A DNA stretch of 63,105 nt, the filler included, from Sphacelaria rigidula (lineage: Eukaryota), in the NCBI GenBank assembly GCA_964200075.2. It is 10 parts of 10 records of this genome, joined end to end, with 100 filler letters (N's around TTAATTAATTAA, not from the genome) between each part and the next. Parts side by side here need not be neighbours in the genome. Positions count along the whole stretch, not along the records: positions 31,606 to 37,825 come from CAXNAA020021423.1; positions 37,926 to 44,145 come from CAXNAA020021424.1; positions 44,246 to 50,465 come from CAXNAA020021425.1; 7 more parts are not named here. The stretch is one strand, 5' to 3'. The notes beneath the pieces are model-generated. The model saw only the letters and a program-made list of their open reading frames with translations, was not told where the DNA came from and did no database searches. The position numbers were made by a program, and so were the translations under genes. Of this stretch, positions 33,501 to 46,654 are shown piece by piece (position 1 is the stretch's first letter; each line of letters starts with the position of its first letter).

Positions 33501-34540
33501 AAACCATCATCGCTACCTCACAGACATGGTGTTAAAAATAAAAAATATAACCCGGAACGACTTCGGCGACAGAAGTTGGAGTTTACACTGCAAAAGTAGA
33601 AACTTCCCGAACTGAATATCGAGTATTTCGCCGAGGGCGGTTTCACTTCTGCCCTAGACAGATAAGGGTACAGCTCTTTTGTAGCTCCACGAAGTAGAAA
33701 TGGGCCTCCGCATACCCTGATGGTTGACAATAAGATCCACCGGGATTTGGAAACAGAACAGGAATAGTACGGTATAGTACGGTAGTAGCCACCTCTGGTG
33801 GGGTGCAAGAGGATGCAGCACTCCGACGTTTCTCGAAGGGGTCGGAGGGGTTACAGTTTTCGGCTCTCAGCCTCCGAAAGATCCGAATATGATAGTCTGA
33901 AACTCTGGAATCAAGGACTACATATTTCAACCATCATGGGCTTTGTCGACTCTGCTCTTTATTGTTTATAATCTGTAATGACCTCACCAAACGTCACCAA
34001 AGGCGGGCAGTCCTCGCCTGCCAAACTTGAAATTCAACTTGCCGAAATATGTTTCAAAATGATGATGTCGAAATTCAAAAGGAAGTGACTAGATTCAATA
34101 TGGATTCTTGCGTACGTTTTGTTATGTTCCAATTCGGCCGTTGAGCTTTTTCGGGTTCAAAAAGGAGGGGACAGGGGAACCAAAACTCGAACCACTGTAT
34201 TGCTGTTGTCATGCGTTCTCTGTAGACACCTAGGCAGCGAACGGACTGTGTATTGGCGTCTCATCGCTTGACCATCCCATCTGCGACCACGGCACCCATC
34301 GCCTGCGCATATCCAAAAGCCGAACGGTACTGTGCGATACCCTCGTACAGCAGTATCGTACGGTGCAGTATAAGTACGACAGACCGTACATCGGTTTGTC
34401 CTACATTCTCCTCAGTCCCTGGGCGCCAAGAAAGGTCCACCAACGACCCACGCGCCGATTCTCCTGCCTTTAACCAGCAGCGGCATTACGCCGTACCGTG
34501 CCGTACTACGAGGTAGTCTTCCGTTACTCCTACGGCAATC

Positions 34541-34816
34541 ATGATGGTATTCGGGACAGATGATCTAGAGAGCAATGATCGTTGCCCGAATCAACCACCA
34601 CCACTGAGGAAACGGGATACATCCTTGGAGCGGCTCGATATGCGAGCCGATGGGAGCGTGCACAACAGCCGCCGTAGAAGCAGTATGATGATGGTGCCCG
34701 GGAGCTGGGACGGCGACGAAGGCAGCTATGAGAAAGAAGGGCCGACTATTTTGCAAGCATTGCTCGTGCTGGGGAATTTCCAGGGCGTCGTCATGCTGGA
34801 CATGGGACTCGTCAAG
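34541..34816 (+). CDS. Candidate exon of an unknown protein (...EGSYEKEGPTILQALLVLGNFQGVVMLDMGLVK)
   Basis: 92 open codons of protein-like composition ending at AAG|GTATGG; no family recognised. Confidence 0.4.
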
Positions 34817-36926
34817 GTATGGCACCGTAGAACGGGGTATAACACCCCCTGTCTCCCGCCCATGAACGCCCTGACCGTCACATTCGCGAGACCGATTGCC
34901 TGTCCTGAAAGTCTTACATGATATCAGTTCAATGGCATAATGGCCGTGATGCTTTCATGAAAGTTGGCGTGGACAAACTTTCCCTCCCGCGGCTGCTTCA
35001 TGCCTTGGTAAAAGACGGCGGCGCTACAACGGATTGTACAGACAGTGCAACACAGTCAGTACATGTTCTTGCCGTTGGTTTTGGCTGAGGTCCGCACGGC
35101 TGGCAGCGGTGCTGTGCGATGTCTCGGCATGCTGGTGGTTGGCATGCAGGGTCGTGTAGTGACGTGTGCAGTATTCGGTAATCTCGTCCGCGTGCTATAG
35201 CTCCAGTGTCCATGAGATATGATAGCGTAATAACTTTCCGCTGCGGCGTCATGAAGGTATCTCAAACTCGAGGTTCCCTATACTGTTGTATATATGTACG
35301 CAGTACTGGGATTGTCGAGCACGATGTAACCTGCATGATACTTAATGCCCGACATTTTCATGTCGCCACCTTTACATACAGTAATCCACTGACCTTATCC
35401 CCCATGTGCACAACACACGACCAAACAGAGGGCTTTGCTTTCAGTGGTCTGATGGGTCGAATGAATCGGCAATCCAGGGCCAGTTCTTTTAGGGTTTGAG
35501 AAACGGAATCGTTGGGGGGAAAGCTTGTGTGTTTTTGGAAACTTGGACCAAGTTTTTTTTCAAACGCTTATTATTGGGTTTGAGTTTCGCATGCCAAACT
35601 GGCAGGCGTGAATTCCGGAGGAGTTGCTGTACTGGATTATGGATTACATATTTGCAGATTGTACGAGAGCAGTGACGAACGAAGAACAGCATATGAGTCG
35701 TGTAGCGCAGAGCAGCTGTAGCACAACCACCAGGCACAGCATCGCGAGGATAGGCAGGAGCGCCAAAGTAACCGACGACTCGTTGTCGAAAAGACCGCCA
35801 CTATCGGTCCCCCATGCTTCCTCGCTATGAGCAATATCGTACCGTCATCGACTGCCGTCTGAGTCGTCACGGTCGCCATGTTGTTGAACTGGTGCACCAT
35901 GGCCAACCCCACCGTCATGAGCTCTTCGTTAGACCTGCAGTACACAAACAGACAGTCTTCAGCTTCCATTTTCCTAACCCGCCGCGTGCATGTGGAGGCA
36001 AGTTCTGCAGTATCGTTTTTTCAAACAACTCTGATCCAGTTCGAAAAGTAGGGGCATTTCTCCTGCGATAAATGATTTTGAGATACATCTCATTTCTCTC
36101 ATATATATATTCTCGCGAAAAACTTCCCACAAGAAACGGTGTTTGTGGGATCTGTCGGTGATCGACCAGACAAGTTTTTTCATGCTGGCTTCTTTTTATC
36201 ACAAGAAGCCACCTAGTTGCCGTAATGTACATGCAGTGCCAACAGCGGTTTTCGACACCAAAGCTTATGGCACATGGAGAACCACTGTACTGTTGCGTTT
36301 TTACTGCGCAAGGTGACACACATGGGTATTCCCAGCCTTCAGGAATCTTAAACCGATGGAGAAATAGCATGTGCAATACAAAACAGAAAACCTGCTGCTT
36401 GTTGTGCCCATACCTAATCGCCTGGCACAGTACGGGATAACCCACTTCGACTTCCAGGCGAACACAAATAGTGGCGTGCGAACCTATTTATATGGGGACA
36501 ACGCAACCCCATATTATACCGAAAAATATTCTTATACGAGTACGAAGTAGAACAACTAACCTGCATGGACACAAAAGACAAATGCAGCACCGTATCGACA
36601 GCAGGCCTTCCCAATCTCGTCGCTAAAAATACTGTACTGTGTTTCAGCGTCAACTGCGCAGACTCAGACATATGGGAGCGGCTTGTCGACATCTAACGGC
36701 TAGCCTAACAGCATTTGCGGCTGTTTGCAGGCCACTGTTAGTGTTTGACTCCAGCACCCGTTACTAGATGTATCTTGATGGTGTTCTTCTTGTTTCCCTC
36801 CCTTATTTTCATGCTTTTTCATTTTGTCATTCCACAGGGCCTCGTATCTGAAATTCTCAGGAATGTGGGGCACAAAATCCCGTTTAGCCCCCAAAAAGCC
36901 CGGGGGCAAGGGGGGGGGGCGGGTAC

Positions 36927-37380
36927 TCATTTGTTGCTTGCCTTAGTCGTTTGACCATTGACCGCGCATTCCTTTCGAGACGGAGCACAGTTCCTACGCC
37001 TAATTGAGACACCTTCAACATTCCGGCGCTCATTACGTTTCTTCCATGCGAGAACCTTTTAAATATCTTATCCCCGTCCTGTTTCGCCGTCTGTGGCCAC
37101 CAGCTATCTCCCAGTATAGCCATCGATTTCTCGCTACTGTCTAGTGCATCAAACGAATCCATGCCGTCTTTGTTCACGTCCCGCATTTCCCTCTAGCACG
37201 TTCTGCTCCTCCTTGTATAGTTCACAATATGTCATTGTATGACTTTTGCTCTCTATTGCTTTGCCAAAGGGGCAGTTCTGTCCATTTATTTCCTCCTTAT
37301 TTTGACGACTGGTATATCTCTTTCTTCTTTCTGGCAGGTCCAGGTTCCCCCCCCCCCCCAAATCGCAGTTTCAATATTCT
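36927..37380 (-). mobile_element. LINE ORF2 C-terminal fragment (degenerate)
   Basis: LDLPERRKRYTS...CPFGKAIESKSH..CELYKEE...SSEKSMAILGDSWWPQTAKQDGD, a CCHC-like LINE C-terminus I recognise from brown algal repeats. Confidence 0.85.
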
Positions 37381-37459
37381 CACCCCGGGGGAGGGGCGGG
37401 CGCGCGGGGGGGGTTATATAAGGTACTGTGTTTGTATTCATTTTATCGCAGCTGTACAA

Positions 37460-37680
37460 AGTTTTTGTCCATCTCATGTCGCCGTTTATGTTATTATTGT
37501 TCCAATGAAAGATGACAGTTCGGTATGCGGGGGTATCAATCCCGATTTGCCTGAAGTAACCGTCTTCAACAATGAACATCCCCTGTTCATCCTGTCTGTC
37601 GGTTCAATCGAATACTCGGGCGCTAGCGGAGGTCCATCAACGTGCATTTCAGCAAATATTACAGAACCTCTTTCGGCTCC
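37460..37680 (-). pseudogene. Possible reverse-transcriptase fragment (DIRS/Ngaro-like or gypsy-like)
   Basis: VEDGYFRQIGIDTP resembles the RT motif DxxxAFxQIx(I/V)D; short and frameshifted. Confidence 0.25.
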
Positions 37681-37825
37681 TCAAAACGCCCGGGGGGGGA
37701 GGGGGGCTATGTTTGTGGGATGATTGTCTTGACCCCCCTACTTTCTCGGGGGGGGGGGGGTTCTATTTACTTGTATCAATGCCGTGTTTTACCTATTTCC
37801 CCTTTCTCGAGATGCTCCAGCCAAT

Positions 37826-37925
37826 NNNNNNNNNNNNNNNNNNNNNNNNNNNNNNNNNNNNNNNNNNNNTTAATTAATTAANNNNNNNNNNNNNNNNNNN
37901 NNNNNNNNNNNNNNNNNNNNNNNNN
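37826..37925. other. Artificial contig linker 6
   Basis: Same 100-nt linker. Confidence 0.99.
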
Positions 37926-37991
37926 TATCGATCTCATTGAGCGTGGCGGCCGAAGCCGCCGAACCCCTTGTATATATATATATAAATATAT

Positions 37992-38270
37992 GCCGCGCTC
38001 CGGTGGTATAATAGTCCGACTGTCGCCATTAGGGTGGAGAGAATATCTGATTTTCACCGTGGAAAGTGTGAGAACGTGACTGACCGAAGTAGTCAACTGT
38101 GTTTGTTTGACGTGAGTTGACGCGGTGCGGTAGTGCCGACCCAATCCGCGAGACCAAAATGCAAGGCATGTACCGGGGGAGAGATGGCATGACCCCTCGA
38201 TACCACGGCCTCGTCTCGAGGAAGGAGAGGGTTTCAAAGTGCGGCAAAAAAAAAAAGTGTGCATGCCTGT
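37992..38270 (+). mobile_element. SINE family B
   Basis: CCGGTGGTATAATAG head; GGGGGAGAGATGGCATGACCCC...CTCGAGGAAGGAGAGGG core; A-rich tail. Confidence 0.75.
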
Positions 38271-38289
38271 GCTTGATATGTGTTAAATA

Positions 38290-38950
38290 CGAGTCGTGTT
38301 GCCGGGGAACGGCTGGGAGCCCGTGGCAGACCACTCTCAAAAAGTAGTGTAAATTCGTCAAAATTGCCGTTCCTCAAAGTTTGCTCTAAGCACTCGGAAA
38401 TCGCTTTCATCGCTTGCCCTCTCTCGAGCGCACGGAGGCACGGTCTTGCACCGGGGAATTTGTTTATTTCTTCATGGTCTTTGAAACACCTCCGCCAAAA
38501 ACTGTGGATGATGGCAAGTATCCCGATTTCGCAAGGACGGTCCGCATATGCTGTGCATGCAGCAGTGGCCAAGATAGCTTCGCCCAGGCGGAGGGAGCAT
38601 GCGCGTGGTGGATCAAGATATTGTTGATATATAGACAGGCAAAACCTCTCGCAGATTGCGATGACAACATTGCTCTATGCAAGGATTTATGGCAGGATCC
38701 GTGCCGCCTAGGGTGAACACCACCCCCCCCCTGTGAAACCTGATCTCCTGTGTTATGGGAGAGCACTGCGCCCGCGTAACACCACCGGCAGAGATACAGA
38801 GGACGGTTTGAGCATCTACACAAAGCAGGAGTTCCATTGCAAAAAGATTGACGGAAATCCATCCATGTCGCAGATGAAACGAGTTGACCGCAGTTTGAAA
38901 AGTTTGAATTTTGCTCCGCACCAGCACATGGGTGCTGCAGAGAACACCCT
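38290..38950 (-). pseudogene. Degenerate hAT (DUF659-type) transposase relic
   Basis: Across frameshifts and in the expected order: HGW (for DGW), VV...TDPAIN (TDxAxN), CCMH/ACTAY..D..EIG.L (CxxH), FPGARP (PGxTRF). Confidence 0.45.
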
Positions 38951-40749
38951 TTCCTTTGAACAAGTTGTTCATCCCAGAACAGTACAGCCCCGCGCAGTAC
39001 AATACCATGCACCCCAGCGCAGCACAGAATAATACAACTGTATGCAGCAAAGTGCAGTGTAGCACAGAGTATTTTATAGTCTGTGTAGTGTTATGCTCGG
39101 GTATGAACTGCGCCGGCTGCAAGAAGAAACAATATGTACAGTACTACTGTAGTACGTAGATGGCGGTCGTGACCATGCCATCAAGATTCACAACGTGCAA
39201 CATGCGGCCGTGGATAATGTGTAATTTGGGGGGTTGTGTGCTCAATGGAGAAAGGTACCGCACGCACCTGGTGCTCTTCGAGGCGCGACGATCACTTGTT
39301 GGGAACCTACACCCGGGTTCCAACGACCACCAACATGGAGCGAGATCAATGAAGTGTACAAACAACGACAGGTGCTGAGACACTCTTCTTTTCGGCGAGG
39401 CTCGGCGTCTCATCTTTTCTCCAAATCCAGCAGAGATGCTTAAATCCAAAACAAAAATGTTCAAAGAGGTGCAAAACGCCGAATGCTTCATTCTGAAATT
39501 TTCATTTTGCACAGGCATACGAGTAGGGGGCATCCAAGGTACCCCCCTACTATTATCGTGTGCCAAAATAAGGGACTGCAGGTGCAGTACTGTACCGTGC
39601 GCCAGCAGCAAGCAGTACGTAAACCAGTCCTGTTCCAAAAGACAGCATCGGAACAAAATACAGTACAGTACTGTACGAGCGTTGTACAGGTTGTCATTAT
39701 CCATGGGGTATCTCAGTAGAGATCAATGTTGTTTGCCAGTGCGAGAGAGGAGGCAGCTTCGTTGGGGGCCTGATGTAGCCATGGTGGTTGTGGAGACAGG
39801 TTCTTATGATTCTGAGGTGCAGTTCATTGTTGGAGATTGTTACCTGCCGACCCCCTTGCACTTTCCGAATTCTAATTCTTACTTCCCTCTTGAGTTCACC
39901 TCGAATGTTTACCCGTAATTTCTTAAATTTTCAAGTAAAACGAGCCTGAGATTCTTAGCTACGAAATTTTTAACATCTGCCGCGCTCGGTAATTGTACAT
40001 AAATATCGAGTTGTGAAGTTGGACGTTACAACAATACGATACGATGATCGGATGCCACGACCATAACGTATGATGGTGCAACAAGGAAAACGTGGTTGTC
40101 GTGGAACCTCGCAGCACGAGAACCGCAATATTGCAGGCACCTGGGATCAAAAGCATTGACGTGCAATCCTACCCCACCCGCCCCCCGGTACATTCGCTGA
40201 CCGTAGATGTGGAACATCCCCAAGACTCACAGTTGGGATGCTACGTCTGGAGCACTTCTTAGGCGCCGGCCGGGGCAGTCCGGGCGTGAGATACGGCACC
40301 GCAATCGATCTCGCTCGCGAGGTACGAGCACCACGATGCCCTTGTTGCAGTGATACCGCGGAAAGTGTAAGTGCTGAAGATCGCGGGCACCTGACTACAT
40401 TCCCCTCGTTCCCGCTGACGATTGTGGGTTTTGAACGGAATTTAGTACGTATACATTTTGGAATGACATCCTGTCCTATGATTCCCGCGACTCCTACGCT
40501 CGCAAAATCAACAAGACCACACGGCTAACACGTTGTGCCCATCTATCGTTATCCCGTATCCTTCGGACAGGTTGTGAAGTGCCTGCATCATTCCCAGCGC
40601 TATCTCGTCCGGCACACGCTACATCCGAGGTTGACAGCAGATCTCGACCGACACACTCCGAACGTACAGCGCCGGTGGGAAATCTGAGCGAGATCGCCGG
40701 AGGTCACGCCGGCGATGTGGGCGCAGTGCGAGAGTGGCTGAGCCCATCA

Positions 40750-43250
40750 TACGGAGACGACACGGCGACTGTACTGTTCTCTGCCGGTGGCGGCAGCTGT
40801 GGTGGGTGGAGCTGTGGATGGCAATGATATGACAGAGGCGCCCCCGCGGACATATGTCAAGGCGGTGAAAGGCGGGGCGCGAGGTGGAGCAGCGCCGGCG
40901 CCGAGTATGGCGCCACGCGCGGTTTTCGGCGCCAACGTGGGGATTTGGACGACTCCACCTTCGTATATTGCAGCTTTATCAGGCGGCGAGGGGGGGGGCA
41001 CAGCGGCGGGAACGCATCTGCAAGATGCGGGGGTCTCCGACCATTGTACTCATGATGCGAAACCCCATCTCATGTGGTGGCGTGATGGCAGTTGGCCTGG
41101 CCGGCGTATGCATAGCGCAGTCGAACCCGGTATAGGTGAGGGGGAGATGTCCACAGTCCACTTCATCATCCATTCCGGGACCTTATTCGAGAAGCAGTTG
41201 AAGAAATAGCCAGTCACTTCAATCGATACTGATCAGTGGATGCTTGTACTGTTGGCCATGTCGTGCGAGCATATCGAGCCGCAAGGCTCCAACGCGGTCC
41301 AAGTAACTGTCAAAAGCATTGTTAACAGGGGCCCCCGATACATCCTGGCGAACAGGGTGTACAGCGCGATCGTGACTCTGAGGAAGGAGTGAAAGTGCTC
41401 GGCCTCCCGACGGACAGTATGATTGGCTGGCTGTGACTTTCTGCCGCGCGTATCCGGGATTCCTTTCCTCGAGATGTAGGAATTCGTGCTGAAGGCCTTG
41501 AGAACGCCAAATCTGTCCACTGAACCGATAGTGGTGATCGGAGGAGGTAGAGCGAGGGTGACTGTCAACGAGGGATGAAGTTGCTTGCCACGGTTGTTTT
41601 CTTCAGGTACGAAAAAGCTTTTGCGCAAATCGCGGCGGATCCTGGACTTACGTTCACGACGTGTGGGCAGGACTTGAAGTGGCAGGACTTGGACTCATTC
41701 GTGAACAAGATCCGCCTGTCCGTCTTCACAGCACATGGACCCATGCTTTCTCGCTGCTGCCCGGATTTGGACGCATGTAGGATACACATCGCTAAATTCG
41801 ATGCAGTATTCGAATATTCGGGGGGGGGGGGGGGATTTTGGGAGGAGCATGCCCACAGTGACCTTCAATGGGCGCGGATGGGGCGTTGAACCGGAAAATA
41901 AGACTCGACCTAAGGGTGGGGTGAAGACGGCGAGCAGAGGGACGGTGGAGCTTACACGGGACAACATGTGGTGTACTTGTCAGGCCACACGTACGTGGAT
42001 ACATCCGGCAACGTGCGAACCCCCCGATGTGCTTGCAAGCCAGAAAGGGCGGCGTAAACACGTCACCGGTGCCGGGGGTGCAGGTATTTGGGGTACTGCA
42101 CGCTGAGCTGCGGTTGCCGAGGCCGATGCTTGTTGCCCCCTCCCACTTCCCCGGCGACAGACGCGACTTCCACGGGTAGTGCCGCCGCAGTAAACGTCGG
42201 TGCACGCCGTTGACGTCATAACGGGAGGGGCGGATCGACGGCGAACCGTGGAAGAGGCGGGTCAGCGGGGGAGCATGGAAGGGTCGGGTCAGTGGTGATC
42301 CATGCAAGGTACGGGTCCCCGGCGAGCCATGGAAGGGACGGGTCAGCGGCGTTGCGTCCTTGGGGCGAGGTGAATGGAGCGAGAAAAACGCCAGGGGTAG
42401 ATGTGAACAACAGTCATGGTGGGGCGTCGTTCTGGCGCGACGGCGGGAGAGTGATGGGAGAGGGATCGGATCCGGCAACAGATCCTACCGGTCGTAATTG
42501 TAGCGACGGCAAAGGAAATGGACCCTCACAGGGCGGGTCGAAGTATTCAGCCGGGATCTGGATGGGAGATTCAGATTTCGAGTGCAGGCGGTCGGAGGGA
42601 GAGAATTCGGCATCGGAAGCGGGCAAAGATCATGGCGATGAATTCGCATTTTCATCTAACCTGTAGAGAAAGTTGAAGACGTGTATCGTGTAGATAGATT
42701 GCGCAGGTATATACGTAACCGTGGCTGTTGTTGCATCCTCCTCCAGGTATTCATAGCCCGTGCCTTGCGTTGATAGGAAATGCGTGTTGTGCTTGGTGTG
42801 GTGCGCCCCTGGGTGCACATGAATACGGCGAGTAGTCTGGCGATACCCCTGGGCGAATTGCCGGTTGAACGTGAAGACAAGCATTGTTATTGATCAAACG
42901 ATTCAGAAACACAAACCAGGCGGAAGACATGGCCTTGCACTTCACGTTTTGGAACACTGTGCGACCCGGTCACCGCACGCGCATCGACTCCAGGCGTTAG
43001 GCTGTGTTTAATTTTGTTCTGTACAGCGGGCGAACCGCCAGGCATCGTTGGTGACACCGACGGCAGCCGATCACTAAAATTGGGGATGGAGATTTTCAAT
43101 GACGATGACTACCTGGAAAGTTTAAAATGTTGTTATCCACACCAGTTCTTCGACACCGTGTTGCATTCGTTCACCTACTGGCAGCCATTGGCGACAACTA
43201 CGCGCCAAACGAATGTGAATGCGGAGAATCGGAAAAATTGGGGGTCGAGG
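40750..43250 (+). pseudogene. Degraded retroelement gag/pol-like region, possibly DIRS/Ngaro
   Basis: Long intronless stretch of broken protein-like ORFs with a Cys/His cluster near 41970-42100; no intact diagnostic motif. Confidence 0.3.
42227..42351 (+). repeat. About 27-bp tandem repeat, 4-5 copies (GRVSGxPWK-like if coding)
   Basis: CGGGTCAG(C/T)GG..A.CCATG(G/C)AAGG units. Confidence 0.8.
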
Positions 43251-44145
43251 TGAAAAGGCGATGTTGGGGAATGTAGGTGACCCTTGCGGATCACGTCCGT
43301 TACTTTTGTTTTCATCTAGGGTTCCGAAATTTCGGCGATTGGAACCCAGAAGTGTACGGCGTACAGTGCTTACCAATAGCTACCGGTGAGTCAAGGTATG
43401 CAACAATATTTCGAAGAATTTGTGTGGATACGATGGTTTCAGCTTTGCGGTTATCACCCTCAATAAAAAGCGCTACCCTCAATGTTGATGACCGCATGTT
43501 CATTGTGCTGAACGCTAGAGTGACGGCGTCGGATGGTGTTTTTCCTCCCTCTCCACTTGCCAGTTTCTCATCGACATTCTGCCTGCACCACACAGGATAT
43601 TCGATGTGACCACCTATTCTTCGACGCAAACACCGGCACCATTTCAGCGGTACCACTCTTTTGATTCCGAAATATTCCGGTCTCGCGCACGACACAGCGA
43701 GTCGGCGGAATGTGACCGTGCGTTACAATTTGCACGGCCATCCCGCAAGCACGCTTCACGCGCCATCCCAGAGACATCGGCATGCACATGCGTGTAACGT
43801 AGTTCCTAATGGCGGGAAATGTTGGTGGTTGTATGATTGCCGAAGAGGATATCCCCAAGATATGTGAAGTAGTGCTACGGTATAGGGGTGCACAATCATA
43901 TTCCGAGCATCGAATCGTTACGTGCACTCCACCTCATCCAAACCACGACTAATAATGATGTTTTTGCGAGTTTGGGAGTCTAGCGTTGATTGGGATCGAA
44001 TTTTTCATGGTTCACTCCAAGTTGTCAATTTTTTGCCATGTCGTGTGTAGAGCCATCCTACGATAGGGTTGGGGGTATTTTGGAGCATTTGTTGCTCGAA
44101 ATTTCGAGTCGGATCGTCGTTGAAAGCAGCAACGATTGTTCGAAC

Positions 44146-44245
44146 NNNNNNNNNNNNNNNNNNNNNNNNNNNNNNNNNNNNNNNNNNNNTTAATTAATTA
44201 ANNNNNNNNNNNNNNNNNNNNNNNNNNNNNNNNNNNNNNNNNNNN
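44146..44245. other. Artificial contig linker 7
   Basis: Same 100-nt linker. Confidence 0.99.
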
Positions 44246-44401
44246 GGATAACACAGCCCATGGGCTTGCTCCAGTCATTGAGTGCTTATTGTATAGGATT
44301 TAGTACAGAGGCACCCCCCCCTCCCCCTACCCCCCCTCCAATCGGCCTAAAATGTAAAAATGTGACATAGGGTCCAGGAACTTTTTTTCCGGACGCCCTT
44401 G

Positions 44402-44760
44402 CCTGGGCCGGTAAATGACGTGGAAAAAGTCGTTCCGAATTTGGCCCGGCCCTGTTTCTAAATCGCCCCGTCTCACCTCAATTTGGAGAGATGAACTTCC
44501 AAATGTGGTACGGGAAATGAATAGGGCATAATGAAGCTACGTCGACCGGGACGTCAGGATTGTTTTTTTTCCAGTAAATTAACGGCATTCTCCTGATTTC
44601 CCGGTACTGATTATTGTCATGAACTCACGAAAACAATGAAAACAATCGTCCTGTCCCTATCGACGTAGCTTTAGCATGCTCCACTCTTTCTCCGTAGCAA
44701 ATTGAGGTGAGACGGGGTCTACAAACCACAAATTCACATCTTGGTCGGCCCAGCTCGTAT
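44402..44760 (-). mobile_element. Non-autonomous DNA element, family D
   Basis: IR CCCCGTCTCACCTCAATT / AATTGAGGTGAGACGGGG; terminus GGCCCAGCTCG|TA. Confidence 0.8.
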
Positions 44761-45536
44761 ATACCTGTGTATTTCCGCCGAACCACGATGGCCCAGCGGT
44801 ACGATGGCAAACCATTACGTTCGTCTAAAGAACGCGGATTCGATGGCTGGCACATGCATCAGGGTTTTCTCTTGCTTATCAAGCGTGTCGATTTACGAAT
44901 GTACTTGAAAACTTGAGGTGGCATAAGTAGCACAAACAATTTAGTGTCCATCTAATCCGTGATAAAAAAAAAAAAGCAAGAGTATACCGGGGGGCGGGCG
45001 GGGGCAAGATGTGGGTTGATCCCTCGATGCCATAGACTCGGAATCGTCCACACCATGGCCAATATATGGTCAATGGATGCAACAGACAAAAATATGTACT
45101 GCATAGATTGTAGGCCTATTGCAACTGTTGACGACCTACAATAGTTGCCATAGGCCTATACTTTACCCAGCACACTTCCAGTCTCTTGCATATATTGACC
45201 ATATACTGTCCACGGTGTGGAATCGTCGCGAGGAAGAGAGGGGGTTAACTCTTAGACCGCGAGATTAGTCTTTCTGGATCATGCACACTTTTTGTTCTCT
45301 TGAAATTGATGCCGATTCAACAGAAGACTAACCTCGCGGTATAAGGGTTAAACGTGTGCCGAAAATACCAACAATATTTTTAAAAGGACGTGCTCCACTT
45401 AAGTGAGACGGGGATTGTTTGTGTTTTTCGGAAGATTGCGATGTGCACGCATTGATGGCTCCCACGTACCACCAACCGAGGGGGCACTTTTCACGCCTAC
45501 GGCTCACCCTGTACGTGAATTTCCTCATCTACACAT

Positions 45537-45850
45537 GGGTGGCTCGGGGGGTAGCCTCGAAACCCTCTGACGCCCGGGAGGTGGTTTCGACTCTCGGTTA
45601 AGTCACACGACCTGGGACTTTTTCTTCACATCTTGCCCAACCGTGGAGAGCGACCATCTCGTGGGTACACAAAAGTCGACCTCACGGTCGATGAGGGAAA
45701 GGGACCGCTGGACCCATTTCGCGAAAAACAAGCAAGGAAGGCACCGCAGGACGAAGGTGGACTGCTAAATTATCGTAAAAAAAGAAAAAATAATAATAAT
45801 CACATCTTGATATTTCTCCTTTATTACCCTGGCTGACGCGCCCACGTACG
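45537..45850 (+). mobile_element. tRNA-derived SINE family A
   Basis: GTGGCTCGGGGGGTAG and GGTTTCGACTC boxes; body aligns with about 19370-19590. Confidence 0.85.
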
Positions 45851-46654
45851 TAGAACATTTTCGTGACATGGGGAACGGTTTCTTTTTGTCGAAAATGGAT
45901 TCCATTTTTGTTGTGATTTACACATGGACCGCCGAATCGTCCCACACGACCATCACCCTTCTGAAAACTCGTGATCTGACGGGAAATTTTTGTGCAAAAT
46001 GATTGAAAATCGACATGGTCAGTGCAGAGTTATGAGGGAAAACGTGTTCATGTAAAAGAAAAAAAAGTTCGGCACATGTTCGGCCGTACCTCATGGAAGG
46101 CTTTAACGATTTCAAATCTGATCGCGCCAAAACTGATCACGATCACGGGCTTCCAGCGAAGTGGCGACCGTTTCGGATGATTTGACCGTCTTGGTGTAAA
46201 TCGCGAAAACCTGCCGTTACCAAAAAACATAGCCGTTCCTATCCTCACGAGTATGTAATTGTAATATACCGGAAGACGAGACGTCGAGGCCAGACGCATG
46301 CAGCGTTGGTTGCAAACTAAGTACCTTCACCTGTACTATTGGGGCAGGCCGACGAAATCTTCACCATGGTGTGTTGTGCATTTTTTCTATCCGCGATTGA
46401 GATGTGTCATTTGACAGAGAACAAGACATGAAAATGCACCATGAACAAACAAATGGCGCCTTGTCCGTGTCATTTTCTGCACGCGCTTTTCTGAGTACAG
46501 TTTTGAGTTACCTCGGCCAGTCACTGAAGCTCTCCCATCTTTTCATACTACTGTACATATTTCATTCAGTGTGTGTTGTTTGCCTTCCCACCACTTACAA
46601 GGCCTCGGACAATCAGGCGGCGGTTCAAAAATTTCACACCGTGGACAATACAAG

